DNA from: Bacillales bacterium UBA4045
GTDB lineage: Bacteria > Bacillota > Bacilli > Paenibacillales > UBA4045
NCBI GenBank assembly: GCA_002383695.1
Contig: DFZX01000087.1
Coordinates: 1 to 64,000, forward strand
Length of the DNA: 64,000 nucleotides
Direction: 5' to 3'
The notes beneath the pieces are model-generated. The model was not told the DNA's origin. It did no database searches and saw nothing but the letters and a program-made list of their open reading frames with translations. The position numbers and the translations under genes were made by a program. This document shows, one piece after another, positions 39,565 to 50,790 of the stretch; within the stretch, counting starts at the first letter, position 1, and the number at the start of each line of letters is the position of its first letter.

Positions 39565-40847
39565 ACGGTATCATTCCTGATAATGGAGACGGCCAATTGC
39601 TCCCATTGAATATGATCCTTCATTCTTAGGTTAACATCAGCAAGTGTTAAGCTCTCATATACGGTAAGGAATCGGAAAAAGTCAATATGTTTAAAGCTAT
39701 ACTTTGTATATTCATTAGCAATGGCCTCTGGAGAATTTAATACACGTAAATAATTGCCGATTCTCTTCTTCTTACATCGATCAAATGAGGTCTGATCAAA
39801 TCCACTAACCATAATGGGCTCAATGAGCTCGCGAATTCTAGCTAACAATAGATCAGGATCTTTCGTCTCCCCACCGATAACCGAGAACGCATATTGTGTG
39901 CTTGCTTGATATTCATAGCCGAATTGGTCGGATATGAGATTTGTGTCATAGAGGGTTTGATAAAGGCTTGAGCTCGGACTGAATAATAAATCAAAGAGCA
40001 GCTTGGTTGTTAATTCACGATAAAGAACAGCCTCTGGGTCCAGATATGATATTTTCTCCTTAAAGCCAAACAGGCATTTCGGCAAAGAAACAGGAAGCTT
40101 AGCCACTTTCTGTTTCACTTGAACCTCATATGGCTCATCTGGATACAATCGTGAGATGTCCTTAAATATCGCAAACGTTTTTTTCTCTTGATTTTGACGT
40201 ATTTGGTTGATGATCTGATCAGGATCCACACCACCCACAACGAAGAATGTCATATTGCCTGGATGGTAGAAGGTCTCATGGCAAGCGTAGAGCATCTCCT
40301 TATCAATCTTAGCGATCGATTCAATGGTTCCCGCAATATCAATATGAATGGGGTGTTGACTATACATGGATTCAATAAGTCCATAGTATACACGCCAATC
40401 TGGATGATCCTTGTACATGTTAATTTCCTGCCCTATGATCCCTTTCTCCTTCTCCACATTCTCGTCTGTAAAATAAGGATTCTGCACGAAATCTAGCAAG
40501 GTCTCTATATTTTCTTCAATGTGATCCGTTGCTGAGAATAGATAAGAGGTGCGATCAAAGCTTGTAAATGCATTGGCTGAGGCTCCTTGCTCTGCAAATT
40601 TCGAGAAGATATCACCCTCTGGCTCTTCGAACATCTTATGCTCGAGAAAATGAGCAATTCCATCGGGAACACGTTTCTCTAAACCGTCACTTAGTTGAAA
40701 GTGATTATCGACAGATCCATATCTTGTAGAGAAGACAGCATAGGTTTTCTGAAAACCTGGCTTTGGCAGGATGCGTACTTCTAATCCGTTCGAGAGCTTC
40801 TCAACATATAAGGTTTCATTCAGATGTGGGTAGTGGATCGCTTCCAT
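39561..40847 (-). CDS. ymfH: M16-family peptidase-like protein (YmfH; non-catalytic partner type)
   Basis: M16 fold with no intact HxxEH motif. Paired with ymfF. Confidence 0.75.
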   Translation of the reverse strand: MEAIHYPHLNETLYVEKLSNGLEVRILPKPGFQKTYAVFSTRYGSVDNHFQLSDGLEKRVPDGIAHFLEHKMFEEPEGDIFSKFAEQGASANAFTSFDRTSYLFSATDHIEENIETLLDFVQNPYFTDENVEKEKGIIGQEINMYKDHPDWRVYYGLIESMYSQHPIHIDIAGTIESIAKIDKEMLYACHETFYHPGNMTFFVVGGVDPDQIINQIRQNQEKKTFAIFKDISRLYPDEPYEVQVKQKVAKLPVSLPKCLFGFKEKISYLDPEAVLYRELTTKLLFDLLFSPSSSLYQTLYDTNLISDQFGYEYQASTQYAFSVIGGETKDPDLLLARIRELIEPIMVSGFDQTSFDRCKKKRIGNYLRVLNSPEAIANEYTKYSFKHIDFFRFLTVYESLTLADVNLRMKDHIQWEQLAVSIIRNDTV

Positions 40848-40850
40848 GTA

Positions 40851-42134
40851 TCATTCTCCTTCCTTATTCTTCAAGAAATAGATTGTATCCAAATCAACCT
40901 TCTGAGCAACCTCTTGTATGTGATCCTTATTTACTTGATTGATTTGTGTAAGAATAGTCGAAACCGTTCGTTCCTTACCGGTTAAAACCGTGTTAAAATC
41001 AAAACCGATCATTTCGTTTGGTGAATCATAAATTTGCTTAAGCTGATTTGTCATCATTGACTTGGTCTGAGATAATTCTAAATCCGATACTTCTCCAGCT
41101 CTTAACGCTTCAAGCTGCTGCGTAATTATGGAAACGGCCTGATCATAATTCTTAATCTCAATACCCGACTGAATCATCAAATTCCCTTTATAGCCGTCTA
41201 ATCGAGATGATACATAATAAGCCAAGCTAGCTTTCTCTCGTACGTTACAGAAAAGCTTGGAATGTGGATAGCCACCTAATATGCCATTGTATACCATTGC
41301 AGCTGGATAATTAGCATCACTATAAGTAAACGGTGCGATTAAACCCATATTCAGCTTGCCTTGATTCACATCTAACTGTTCTACTACACGCTTAGGCTCT
41401 GTAACAGGTCTAAGCGCAACCTCTATCTGATAGTTGAAAAGCTCATTACGATCCATCTGGAATTGTTCATGTACAATAGCTGTTACTTCATCTAATGTAG
41501 TGTGACCCACTACATATAAGTCAATGGGTGCATGCTTCAACCAGTCTCGATATTGTTCATACAATGTATCCACACTAAGTGATGCGAGCTCCTCAATTTT
41601 CCCGAGTGGGTTGTATCGGTATGGATCATCCGCATACATGATCTGTACACATCGTTCCGCAGCATATCTGATCTTATCGTTAACAACGGACTCTAACTTG
41701 CTCTGAATCGTCTGTTTCTCTGCATCAAAATACTTAGTCAGGAATGTTCCGTTCTCAAGTGCGGGTCGCGTTATCGTCTGTCCAAGAAAAGCAAGTGTTT
41801 CTTGAAGCAAGGAAGGATTCTGTTGACCTAGGAAACGGTCATCAACAGTATCCATACGGAATTGAACAATATGATTGTTACCTCGTTTATATATATCAAA
41901 GCCAAATCCTGCTCCATAAAGCTCATCCAGGTGTTCCCTGAATGCCTTCGTTTCTGGATATTGCTCGGTACCTCGTCGAAGAAGGAAAGGAATGATTGCT
42001 GTAGAAGTCACAGTTGATTCCTCTAAAGGTCGACCTATGTACATAGAAACTGCATATGTCTTGAACCGATCAGTTGGCAATACATGAATACGGATACGGT
42101 TAGCTTCTGCACGTTGAAATTGTATATCTTGCAT
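40851..42134 (-). CDS. ymfF: M16-family zinc peptidase-like protein (YmfF)
   Basis: M16 domains. Start at MQDIQF, after AGAGGGTG and a 7-nt spacer. Confidence 0.75.
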   Translation of the reverse strand: MQDIQFQRAEANRIRIHVLPTDRFKTYAVSMYIGRPLEESTVTSTAIIPFLLRRGTEQYPETKAFREHLDELYGAGFGFDIYKRGNNHIVQFRMDTVDDRFLGQQNPSLLQETLAFLGQTITRPALENGTFLTKYFDAEKQTIQSKLESVVNDKIRYAAERCVQIMYADDPYRYNPLGKIEELASLSVDTLYEQYRDWLKHAPIDLYVVGHTTLDEVTAIVHEQFQMDRNELFNYQIEVALRPVTEPKRVVEQLDVNQGKLNMGLIAPFTYSDANYPAAMVYNGILGGYPHSKLFCNVREKASLAYYVSSRLDGYKGNLMIQSGIEIKNYDQAVSIITQQLEALRAGEVSDLELSQTKSMMTNQLKQIYDSPNEMIGFDFNTVLTGKERTVSTILTQINQVNKDHIQEVAQKVDLDTIYFLKNKEGE

Positions 42135-42269
42135 CGATTCACACCCTCTCTTTGTTGTCATTATATAAAACGAAACTGCTAATTACCAATCTTAATCCAA
42201 TAAAAATGAAGAAGTAGCCTGAATGGCTACCTCTTAAAGTCTAATATTGACTATGCTTAGAGCATATGA

Positions 42270-43049
42270 TTAGATGCAGAATATATGCTTTCCTATCTTC
42301 TTCACTTGTTTGCGTGTCCATATCCATTTTGAAGTAGCGGTATCTGGATTAAAGTAATAGATACAGCCTCCAGATGGATCCAAACCGTTGAGTGCATCGC
42401 GAACAGCTCGCTGAGAGCTCTCATCTGGTTCTAACCAGATCTGACCATCTGCAACTGCTGTGAATGCACCAGGTTGAAAAATAACGCCTGATACCGTTTT
42501 AGGAAAGCTCGCTGAATTGACTCGATTTAATATAACGGCTGCGACCGCTACCTGACCAATATAGGGCTCTCCTCGTGCTTCTCCATGAACTGCATTCGCC
42601 ATGATTTTCAAATCATTAGCAGAAAGACCCAAGCTATTTGAGTTGGTCATCCCGCTTGCTGCCGCTTTTGTCTTCTTCGGTTGATTTGTCTCCGCTGGTT
42701 TATCCATGGTTAGCTCTGGAGACCATTTCTTCGTTGCTTCCCAAAGCATCAACTTCGTTTTTGAACCCACTATCCCATCGGCTGGCATTCCAAACTTCCA
42801 TTGGAAATGCTTAACAGATTGAAGTGTCTTCCAGCCGTACGCACCATCTACCTTGCCATTATAAAAGCCAAGAAACTTCAATCTGCCTTGTAATTCAAGA
42901 ACATCTTTACCTGATGCTCCATATTTAAAAGTTACTTTACTGAATGTTTCTTGACTATCCTGACTAGTATTGAAGGTATGGTGGAGCTGGAATGAAGCAA
43001 TTAGACACAGGATAATACTACATGTTATCAGTAACAATCTTCTGTTCAT
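42270..43049 (-). CDS. sleB: SleB-family spore cortex-lytic enzyme / cell-wall hydrolase (signal peptide, PG_binding_1, Hydrolase_2)
   Basis: 'DVLELQGRLKFLGFYNGKVDGAYGWKT' PG-binding domain. 'HGEARGEPYIGQVAVAAVILNRV...GGCIYYFNP' hydrolase_2 domain. Confidence 0.75.
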   Translation of the reverse strand: MNRRLLLITCSIILCLIASFQLHHTFNTSQDSQETFSKVTFKYGASGKDVLELQGRLKFLGFYNGKVDGAYGWKTLQSVKHFQWKFGMPADGIVGSKTKLMLWEATKKWSPELTMDKPAETNQPKKTKAAASGMTNSNSLGLSANDLKIMANAVHGEARGEPYIGQVAVAAVILNRVNSASFPKTVSGVIFQPGAFTAVADGQIWLEPDESSQRAVRDALNGLDPSGGCIYYFNPDTATSKWIWTRKQVKKIGKHIFCI

Positions 43050-43129
43050 CGATTCCAACCTTTCTCATCTTTCGTACTCAAAGATTATTATGAGAAAAGT
43101 TGGACGATTCTATACTCCCATTTCGAAGA

Positions 43130-45652
43130 TCATGAACTCATTCGACTTTGTTGAAATTGCTCGAAGGTCATAAGAACCTCTCTAGGCTTACTTCCTTCGT
43201 ACGGTCCTATAATACCGGAGGCTTCCATATAATCAATTAGACGAGCCGCTCTAGTATAGCCAATCCTTAATCTTCGTTGTAACAAAGAAACAGATGCTTG
43301 CTTAGCTTCTAGGACAATCTGTGCAGCCTGATCGAACAGCTCGTCCATATTCGGATCTTCCATCTCGATCTGCTCTTCGATCTCTGGTACCAAATCCTCT
43401 TGATATTCGGCTTGACCTTGTGATCTAGCATACTGAACAACCGCTTCAACCTCTGGGTCAGATAAAAAAGCGCCCTGAACGCGAATAGGCTTAGATTCAC
43501 CTACAGGCAAGTACAACATGTCTCCTCTTCCAAGTAGCTTCTCAGCACCAACTCCATCAAGAATGGTACGGGAGTCTACCTGTGAAGATACACCGAAGGC
43601 TATCCGTGAAGGGATATTCGCTTTGATAACGCCCGTAATGACGTCTACAGATGGACGTTGTGTAGCGATTATGAGATGGATACCCGCAGCACGAGCCATC
43701 TGTGCTAGACGACAGATCGCATCCTCCACATCATGGGCTGCAACCATCATCAAATCGGCTAACTCGTCCACAATAACTACAATAAATGGAAGAGCATCCA
43801 TTCCCTTATCCGTACACATTTTATTATACCCTTCTATATTGCGCGAGCCTGATTTGGAGAATAGCTCATAGCGTTTCTCCATCTCAACGACCACCTTCTT
43901 GAGTGCAAGTGAGGCGCGTCTAGGATCAGTTACTACAGGAGCAAGCAGATGTGGAATCCCATTATAGATATTCAACTCCACCATCTTGGGGTCAATCATA
44001 AGAAACTTGACTTCATCAGGTTTCGCTTTATACAGAATGCTAACGATAATCGCATTAATACAAACGGACTTACCTGACCCCGTTGCACCTGCAACAAGTA
44101 AGTGTGGCATTCTTGCTAGATTTGCAACCATGGGCTGACCAGATATGTCTCTCCCTAATACAATGGAAAGCTTGGCTTGAGATTCATGGAAGGAAGCACT
44201 CTCCATGACTTCACGAACCGTTACAATAGAAACCTCCGTATTCGGTACTTCAATACCAATTGCCGATTTACCAGGAATAGGAGCTTCCATTCGGATGTCC
44301 TTAGCTGCCAATGCTAGTGCAATATCGTCTGTTAATGACACGATGCGACTAACCTTAACCCCAACATCAGGTAAGATTTCATAACGAGTTACAGCGGGAC
44401 CCCTTACAACCTCCATTACCTTAGCACGTACACCAAAGCTTTCTAATGTGGTTTCTAATTTACGAGCATTTGCTTTGTAATCCGTTGAAGCTCCACCCTT
44501 AGCAGCAGATGTAGGCTTGCCTAATAAGTGGAATGGGGGTAGCTTGTATGCAACATTAACTCTTTCCTTCACAGCGTGCAGTGCTGCAACTACATGCTCT
44601 TCACCCTCTATAGAAGCTGGTGTTACTAATTCAGTACTATGAGCTACGTTCGCTTGTTCGTTTCGTTCAGCTTGATCCACATGCTCCATAAAATCCCTGA
44701 CTAATAGAACACTTTCTGTCCCTTCGTTAGTTGTTTGAATATCACCCGAATCCGATTCAGGTAATTCATCCTGCATATCGACCATCGTTTTATCCTTAGA
44801 CTTATCAGGCTTAAGTAGCTCCATGAATAAGGACTTCTTGGCTGGTTTTCGGTTCGTCTTCGGATGATACGTCTCCTCATCAATCTCATTAACGATCGGA
44901 TATTTACCAGCAACTCTAACGCTTACCTCATCCTCTTCATCCTCATCCTCATCCTCATCCTCATCCTGAGCAGCGATTAATTGCCTTTGTTGTCTTTTCC
45001 TTTTTAGCTGTGCAAAGATTTCCTTCCACTGCCTGCCACCTTTTTTACCAATCATGCCTAACATTTTTTTAATCCGAGACCCCATCTCCACATAGGACCA
45101 CCCGGTTAAATATAGAAAGCCTATCGCTAACAAGGCGTATACGAATAATTGTGAGCCATATTCATCGAAGAATATATATAAACCACTGAAGACGATAGCG
45201 CCAATCATTCCGCCTCCGAGCTCAACATTAAATTGGTCTACGGTTTTTGTTTCTTCTAGCAATTCCAGCAAATTTTGCATAGGTTGATTTAATACCGCAC
45301 TAGCTTTGTAATCCCCTATTGGATACAAATCCTGAGTCATCGAAATCTGGAATAAGGTCAGGATCCCAATGATGAGCAGAACGATTCCTGTGCGACGATG
45401 CGTCCAACCTTTAGGCCACTGTCGCTTGACCATAACGTAAAGTCCTACATATATCGCAATAAGCGGAATAACATAGCTCATCTCACCCGCTAGGAATAAA
45501 CATATGTAATTGATAGCTCGTCCTACAGTTCCCATTCCACGAATAGGTCCTGTTCCAGCAAGCGTAATGACCGAAAAAATGAGGATGATAATTCCATAAA
45601 CCTCATATGATAACGTGGTTACGCGGTTTTTTTTCTTTCTCTTCTTCGCCAA
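43130..45652 (-). CDS. spoIIIE: DNA translocase SpoIIIE/FtsK
   Basis: N-terminal TM, acidic DE linker, 'GATGSGKS' motor, C-terminal gamma wHTH. Start is probably TTG (LAKKRKKK, matching B. subtilis MAKKKRK) after GGAGGTG. Confidence 0.9.
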   Translation of the reverse strand: MAKKRKKKNRVTTLSYEVYGIIILIFSVITLAGTGPIRGMGTVGRAINYICLFLAGEMSYVIPLIAIYVGLYVMVKRQWPKGWTHRRTGIVLLIIGILTLFQISMTQDLYPIGDYKASAVLNQPMQNLLELLEETKTVDQFNVELGGGMIGAIVFSGLYIFFDEYGSQLFVYALLAIGFLYLTGWSYVEMGSRIKKMLGMIGKKGGRQWKEIFAQLKRKRQQRQLIAAQDEDEDEDEDEEDEVSVRVAGKYPIVNEIDEETYHPKTNRKPAKKSLFMELLKPDKSKDKTMVDMQDELPESDSGDIQTTNEGTESVLLVRDFMEHVDQAERNEQANVAHSTELVTPASIEGEEHVVAALHAVKERVNVAYKLPPFHLLGKPTSAAKGGASTDYKANARKLETTLESFGVRAKVMEVVRGPAVTRYEILPDVGVKVSRIVSLTDDIALALAAKDIRMEAPIPGKSAIGIEVPNTEVSIVTVREVMESASFHESQAKLSIVLGRDISGQPMVANLARMPHLLVAGATGSGKSVCINAIIVSILYKAKPDEVKFLMIDPKMVELNIYNGIPHLLAPVVTDPRRASLALKKVVVEMEKRYELFSKSGSRNIEGYNKMCTDKGMDALPFIVVIVDELADLMMVAAHDVEDAICRLAQMARAAGIHLIIATQRPSVDVITGVIKANIPSRIAFGVSSQVDSRTILDGVGAEKLLGRGDMLYLPVGESKPIRVQGAFLSDPEVEAVVQYARSQGQAEYQEDLVPEIEEQIEMEDPNMDELFDQAAQIVLEAKQASVSLLQRRLRIGYTRAARLIDYMEASGIIGPYEGSKPREVLMTFEQFQQSRMSS

Positions 45653-45717
45653 CGTGCACACCTCCGTAGCCATTATAACACAATGAATCGGTGGCACCAC
45701 GTATTATCGAATTGGTA

Positions 45718-45924
45718 TTATAAACGGATGATTTGACCAGGCAGGTATGCAACATCCAAGTAAGGCTCAAGCTCTGCACTTATTAATCGGATCACCCTTA
45801 CTTGGTTAATCGATATTCGCTCAACCTGCATATTGATGCCATTAATCTGCATTTCTTCGGGAGCCACAATCTCCTCAATCCCTGCATATAAAATTTCATC
45901 TGGCATAACCGTGTGAATAATCAT
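45718..45924 (-). CDS. ylzJ: YlzJ-like small protein
   Basis: 68 aa, sitting between tepA and spoIIIE as in B. subtilis. Confidence 0.6.
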   Translation of the reverse strand: MIIHTVMPDEILYAGIEEIVAPEEMQINGINMQVERISINQVRVIRLISAELEPYLDVAYLPGQIIRL

Positions 45925-46658
45925 TGCAAATACCCTCCTATCTTCCTTTCAGCGATGCGTCTGTTCAATTCACTTAGTGCATCCCCAATACCACCAACAG
46001 CTTGAATAAGACCATGCTTCACCGCATCAGGGCCCATGACGACAGTCCCTACATCTCTAGCGAGATCTCCAGTCTTGAACATAAATTCCTTCAGCTTCTC
46101 TTCCTTCATATTGGAATGATTCGTAATGAATCGGATGACTCTCTCCTGCATCTTGTCCAAATACTCGAAGGTTTGAGGAACACCAATAACCAATCCGTTT
46201 AAACGGATTGGATGTATGATCATGGTGGCGGTATCCGCAATAAAGGAATAATCTGCTGCTACTGCAATCGGAACACCAATACTATGACCTCCGCCGAGGA
46301 CCAATGCTACGGTAGGCTTGGAAAGTGTACTGATCATCTCAGCAATAGCTAATCCAGCTTCGACATCTCCACCTACGGTGTTGAGAATGATTAACATGCC
46401 TTCGATTCTATTGTTCTGCTCTGCTGCAACAAGCTGAGGGATCATGTGCTCATACTTCGTTGTCTTATTCTGTGGGGGCAGCACTAGATGTCCCTCCACC
46501 TGACCAATAATCGTTAAACAGTATATATTCGATTCCGTTGATGGAAGCTGAGTTTGACCATATTGCTGTACAGGATCTAGGTTTGTATTCTTCTTCGCCT
46601 CTTCTGTACCGATTTCATTCATCTGATTCTGATTTCTTAAATTTGATATTTGATCCAT
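45921..46658 (-). CDS. tepA: ClpP-like translocation-enhancing protein TepA
   Basis: ClpP/crotonase fold 'IGQVEGH' and '[18 protein letters not shown]'. Overlaps ylzJ by 4 nt. Confidence 0.8.
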   Translation of the reverse strand: MDQISNLRNQNQMNEIGTEEAKKNTNLDPVQQYGQTQLPSTESNIYCLTIIGQVEGHLVLPPQNKTTKYEHMIPQLVAAEQNNRIEGMLIILNTVGGDVEAGLAIAEMISTLSKPTVALVLGGGHSIGVPIAVAADYSFIADTATMIIHPIRLNGLVIGVPQTFEYLDKMQERVIRFITNHSNMKEEKLKEFMFKTGDLARDVGTVVMGPDAVKHGLIQAVGGIGDALSELNRRIAERKIGGYLQ

Positions 46659-46763
46659 TTGTCTATCCCCTTTAGGTTATTGACGGGCTTGTAGTAGTAT
46701 GAATTTCCAGACAAAAATTATTCAGAAAACAGCAATAAATATATATATAGATGGGGCGACACA

Positions 46764-46800
46764 CAATAAAAGCCTATGCAATTATCTGCATAGGCTTTTA
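46764..46800. terminator. rnjB terminator hairpin
   Basis: agcctatgca/tgcataggct with flanking A/T runs. Confidence 0.6.
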
Positions 46801-46811
46801 TAATATGTCCC

Positions 46812-48488
46812 CTAAACTTCCATAATGATTGGAAGAATCATCGGTCTTCTTCTTGTTTGTTCATATAAGAAACGTCCAAGTGCTTCCTTCACATGATTCT
46901 TGAGTGATGCCCACTCATTCACATTCTCAGACATTAATTTATTCAACGTATTCGATACGATACGATTTGCTTCATCCAATAATGTTTCTGACTCCCTCAC
47001 ATATACGAAACCACGCGAGATAATATCAGGTCCAGATAGAATTTTTCCCTCTTGCTTACTAAGTGTAATGACAACAACCAATATACCGTCCTGTGATAAC
47101 AGCTTTCGATCACGCAATACAATGTTACCTACGTCACCAACACCAAGACCATCAATAAGTACATTACCAGCTTGAATTTTACCGGCCTTACGACCTTCCC
47201 CATTGTGGAATTCAATTACATCTCCATTGTCAACAAGGAATATGTTCTCCTTTTCTACACCTACGGATTCTGCAAGAATACCATGTTGGCGAAGCATTCT
47301 GAACTCACCATGAATCGGAATAAAGTATTTAGGTTTAATAAAGTTCAACATCAGCTTTAGCTCTTCTTGACTACCGTGACCGGATACATGAACTCCTGAG
47401 GTTGAACCAGGACCATAGATCACATTGGCGCCTAATCTGAATAATTCATCTACAGTACGACCCACATATTTTTCATTACCAGGAATAGGTGTAGCTGCAA
47501 TAATAACAGTATCTCCAGGCATAATTTCCACTTTACGATGTGTAGCTCTAGCCATCCTTGTTAAGGCTGACATGGGCTCGCCCTGACTGCCTGTAGAGAG
47601 AACTGCAACACGCTCCCCCGGAAGCTTGTTCACCTCATCCGTTTCGATGATCATACCCTCTGGCACATTGAGGTAGCCTAATTCTGTTGCAATATTAACC
47701 ACATTCACCATACTGCGACCTACAACAGCTAATTTTCGATTAGTTTTGAGACATGCATCCACTACCTGTTGAATTCGATGTACGTTGGATGCGAATGTAG
47801 CAACAACGACTCGCTGTTGTGCACGACGGAATTCTTCCTCCAATTGGCGACCTACACCACGCTCCGATGGCGTGAACCCTGGACGTTCCGCATTCGTACT
47901 ATCAGATAGAAGAACAAGTACACCCTTTGTACCAATTTCAGCCATCTTGTGAACATCTGCATATTGCTCATTGACCGGGGTTTGATCAAATTTAAAATCT
48001 CCCGTATGAACAACGGTTCCCTCTGGAGTCTCAAGACATACCCCAACTGAGTCTGGAATACTATGGTTTGTCCGAAAAAAGCTTGCTTTCATGCTGCCTA
48101 ATTGTAGTTCAGAATCACCATGAATGAGATGCCGCTTCGTCTCCCCTAATAAACCAGCTTCCTTAAGCTTGCTTTCGATTAGTCCGAGTGTAAGCTTGGT
48201 CGCATAAATAGGTACATTCAGCATCTTAAGTATATAGGGTAGACCACCAATATGATCCTCATGTCCATGTGTTATTAAGATACATCTAACTTTATCGCGA
48301 TTTTCCACCAAATATGTGATATCTGGAATAACGATATCGATACCAAGCATTTCTTCTTCAGGGAATTTTAGTCCAGAATCAATAACGACAATATCATTCT
48401 CATATTGTACGACGTACATGTTCTTGCCTATTTCACCCACACCGCCCAAGGCGAAAATAGACAGAGCTTCACTATTCTTTTTTGCCAA
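46812..48488 (-). CDS. rnjB: Ribonuclease J (J2-type, metallo-beta-lactamase / beta-CASP)
   Basis: 'HGHEDHIGG' motif. 558 aa. ymfA position upstream of tepA. Confidence 0.85.
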   Translation of the reverse strand: MAKKNSEALSIFALGGVGEIGKNMYVVQYENDIVVIDSGLKFPEEEMLGIDIVIPDITYLVENRDKVRCILITHGHEDHIGGLPYILKMLNVPIYATKLTLGLIESKLKEAGLLGETKRHLIHGDSELQLGSMKASFFRTNHSIPDSVGVCLETPEGTVVHTGDFKFDQTPVNEQYADVHKMAEIGTKGVLVLLSDSTNAERPGFTPSERGVGRQLEEEFRRAQQRVVVATFASNVHRIQQVVDACLKTNRKLAVVGRSMVNVVNIATELGYLNVPEGMIIETDEVNKLPGERVAVLSTGSQGEPMSALTRMARATHRKVEIMPGDTVIIAATPIPGNEKYVGRTVDELFRLGANVIYGPGSTSGVHVSGHGSQEELKLMLNFIKPKYFIPIHGEFRMLRQHGILAESVGVEKENIFLVDNGDVIEFHNGEGRKAGKIQAGNVLIDGLGVGDVGNIVLRDRKLLSQDGILVVVITLSKQEGKILSGPDIISRGFVYVRESETLLDEANRIVSNTLNKLMSENVNEWASLKNHVKEALGRFLYEQTRRRPMILPIIMEV

Positions 48489-48723
48489 TTTAATCTTTCC
48501 TCCTAAAATTATTGTTTAGCTTCATGGATTACGAATGATATACGATGACTGTTAATATTATTTCGTAAACAAAAGCTAATTATTTGGTGAAACTATACAC
48601 TTAGTTTGTATAGTACCGATTTCTATATGCGTTCGTAACAAATAAACTATCTCGAAACCAACAATATTCGATTCCCGCATCAGTTACTCGCAAGTTCATT
48701 ATACATGATATGGGAACTGGAAG

Positions 48724-48753
48724 CAAAAAATCGATGCTTGAAAGAGCATCGAT
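48724..48753 (-). terminator. dapA terminator
   Basis: atcgatgct/agcatcgat with a T6 run on the minus-strand transcript. Confidence 0.65.
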
Positions 48754-48761
48754 CTCAAGTA

Positions 48762-49631
48762 TTATCCTTTGAAGAGTGAGCTCACTAGGTTCTTCTCTTC
48801 TTCAGTTATCGCTGCTAATGGAAGCCTGACGCTTCCAACATCTATCCCATGTAGCTGAAGCGCATACTTGACAGGCACTGGATTCGAGCATACGAACAAA
48901 CCTTTGGTGATCGGTAATAGCTGCTGATGATGAAGTGCAGCCTCCTGTACACGACCCTCGAAAAAGGCATTGATCATCTTATGTAGTTGTTTACCAACGA
49001 CATGACTAATAACGCTCACGACACCATATCCACCAATAGACAATATCGGTAAAGTTAACTCATCGTCGCCACTATACACTCTAAAGCCATCAGGAACACC
49101 GCGTAGGATATTCGTTATTAATTCCAAATCGCCACTCGCTTCTTTAGTCGCAACAATATTCGTTAGCTGTGATAATCGAATCGTCGTCTCTGCGCTGATC
49201 GTTACACCTGTTCGCTTTGGTACATTATAGAGCATAATTGGTAATGATGTGCAATCTGCAATAGCCTTGAAATGAAGATATAATCCTTCTTGAGATGGTC
49301 TATTATAGTAAGGAGCTACCAACAGGATACCATCAACTCCAGCCTTCTCAGCTGCTTTAGTGAGATGGATTGAATGTGAGGTATCATTGCTTGCCGAGCC
49401 AGCAATAATCTTACAACGACCTTTAGCCAGCTTAACGACAGTCTTATATAGCTTAATTTTCTCATCATCGATTAATGTAGATGCTTCACCTGTTGTACCA
49501 GTAATAACCAGACTGTCGCTTTGCTGCTCAACAATCAGATATTCAATAAGCTCCTCTATCTTGTTCCAATCAATCTGTAGGTTGTCATCAAAAGGAGTGA
49601 CCATCGCTGTTACTACTCTCCCAAAGTCCAC
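48762..49631 (-). CDS. dapA: 4-hydroxy-tetrahydrodipicolinate synthase
   Basis: 'MVTPF', 'GTTGE' and the DapA/NAL family Lys region. Confidence 0.9.
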   Translation of the reverse strand: MDFGRVVTAMVTPFDDNLQIDWNKIEELIEYLIVEQQSDSLVITGTTGEASTLIDDEKIKLYKTVVKLAKGRCKIIAGSASNDTSHSIHLTKAAEKAGVDGILLVAPYYNRPSQEGLYLHFKAIADCTSLPIMLYNVPKRTGVTISAETTIRLSQLTNIVATKEASGDLELITNILRGVPDGFRVYSGDDELTLPILSIGGYGVVSVISHVVGKQLHKMINAFFEGRVQEAALHHQQLLPITKGLFVCSNPVPVKYALQLHGIDVGSVRLPLAAITEEEKNLVSSLFKG

Positions 49632-49662
49632 TTCGTTTATCTCCTTTAAACATATTTAATTT

Positions 49663-50700
49663 TTATTGTTCAAGTGCAATATATTCTGCAATCTGTACAG
49701 CATTCCATGCTGCACCCTTTAAGAGATTATCCGATACAATCCACATGCTAAGTCCACGGGGGTGATCCAAATCCTTACGTACCCTGCCTACGAATACATC
49801 GTTCTTACCCGTAGAGTCGGTAGCTAGAGGGTATTGTTGATTCATAGGATCATCTACCAATACAACCCCAGGTGCATTTGCAAGTAATTGTTTGATTTCA
49901 CTGATTTCAAAATTTTTGTTTAATTCAACGTAAACAGATTCAGAATGACCACGAACAATAGGAACACGTACACAAGTCGCATTCACGCTTATGGTATCGT
50001 CACCCATTATTTTCTTCGTTTCAAGAACCATCTTCATTTCCTCTAAAGTAAATCCATTATCTGTAAACTTATCGATTTGAGGTATCGCATTAAAAGCAAT
50101 CTGATGCTTTACTGGTAAGGATGCAGAAGGAAGAATGTCGGGTTCGAAGGCTTCATCATTCAATACCGCCTTCGATTGTCTTAGCATCTCTTCAGTAGCT
50201 TTATTCCCTGCACCTGATACAGCTTGATAGGTGGAGACAACAATCCGAGCAATACCAAACTTATCCTGCAATGGCTTAAGTGCTGTAACCATTTGGATTG
50301 TAGAACAATTCGGATTAGCTATGATACCTTTATGCTCGTTGATTTTATCCATATTCACTTCAGGTACAACCAATGGCGTATCAGGATCCATACGGAAAGC
50401 ATTCGTATTATCAATGCATACAGCACCTGCTGCTGCCGCGATCGGTGCTAATACCTTACTGATCTCTCCACCAGCACTGAATAAAGCGATTTCTACGCCT
50501 TGAAAGCTCTCAGGAGTTGCTTCTTCTATTACATGAGGGATTCCTTTGAATAAAACTTTCGTTCCGGCAGAACGAGCTGAAGCTAATAGCTTCAGCTGTT
50601 CTATAGGGAAATTACGCTCTTCTAGAAGTCGTAGTATTTGTTCGCCTACTGCGCCTGTTGCCCCAACGATTGCTACAATAAATTTCTTCTGATTCGACAT
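49663..50700 (-). CDS. asd: Aspartate-semialdehyde dehydrogenase
   Basis: 'VAIVGATGAVG' and 'NCST' active-site Cys. Confidence 0.9.
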   Translation of the reverse strand: MSNQKKFIVAIVGATGAVGEQILRLLEERNFPIEQLKLLASARSAGTKVLFKGIPHVIEEATPESFQGVEIALFSAGGEISKVLAPIAAAAGAVCIDNTNAFRMDPDTPLVVPEVNMDKINEHKGIIANPNCSTIQMVTALKPLQDKFGIARIVVSTYQAVSGAGNKATEEMLRQSKAVLNDEAFEPDILPSASLPVKHQIAFNAIPQIDKFTDNGFTLEEMKMVLETKKIMGDDTISVNATCVRVPIVRGHSESVYVELNKNFEISEIKQLLANAPGVVLVDDPMNQQYPLATDSTGKNDVFVGRVRKDLDHPRGLSMWIVSDNLLKGAAWNAVQIAEYIALEQ

Positions 50701-50790
50701 TGGTATAATCTCCTAATCTGAATATTATGATAGAGCTCATTCAATAAGACAATTGCAGAACATGTAATTATTGAACAAGCTCTTTAAGTC

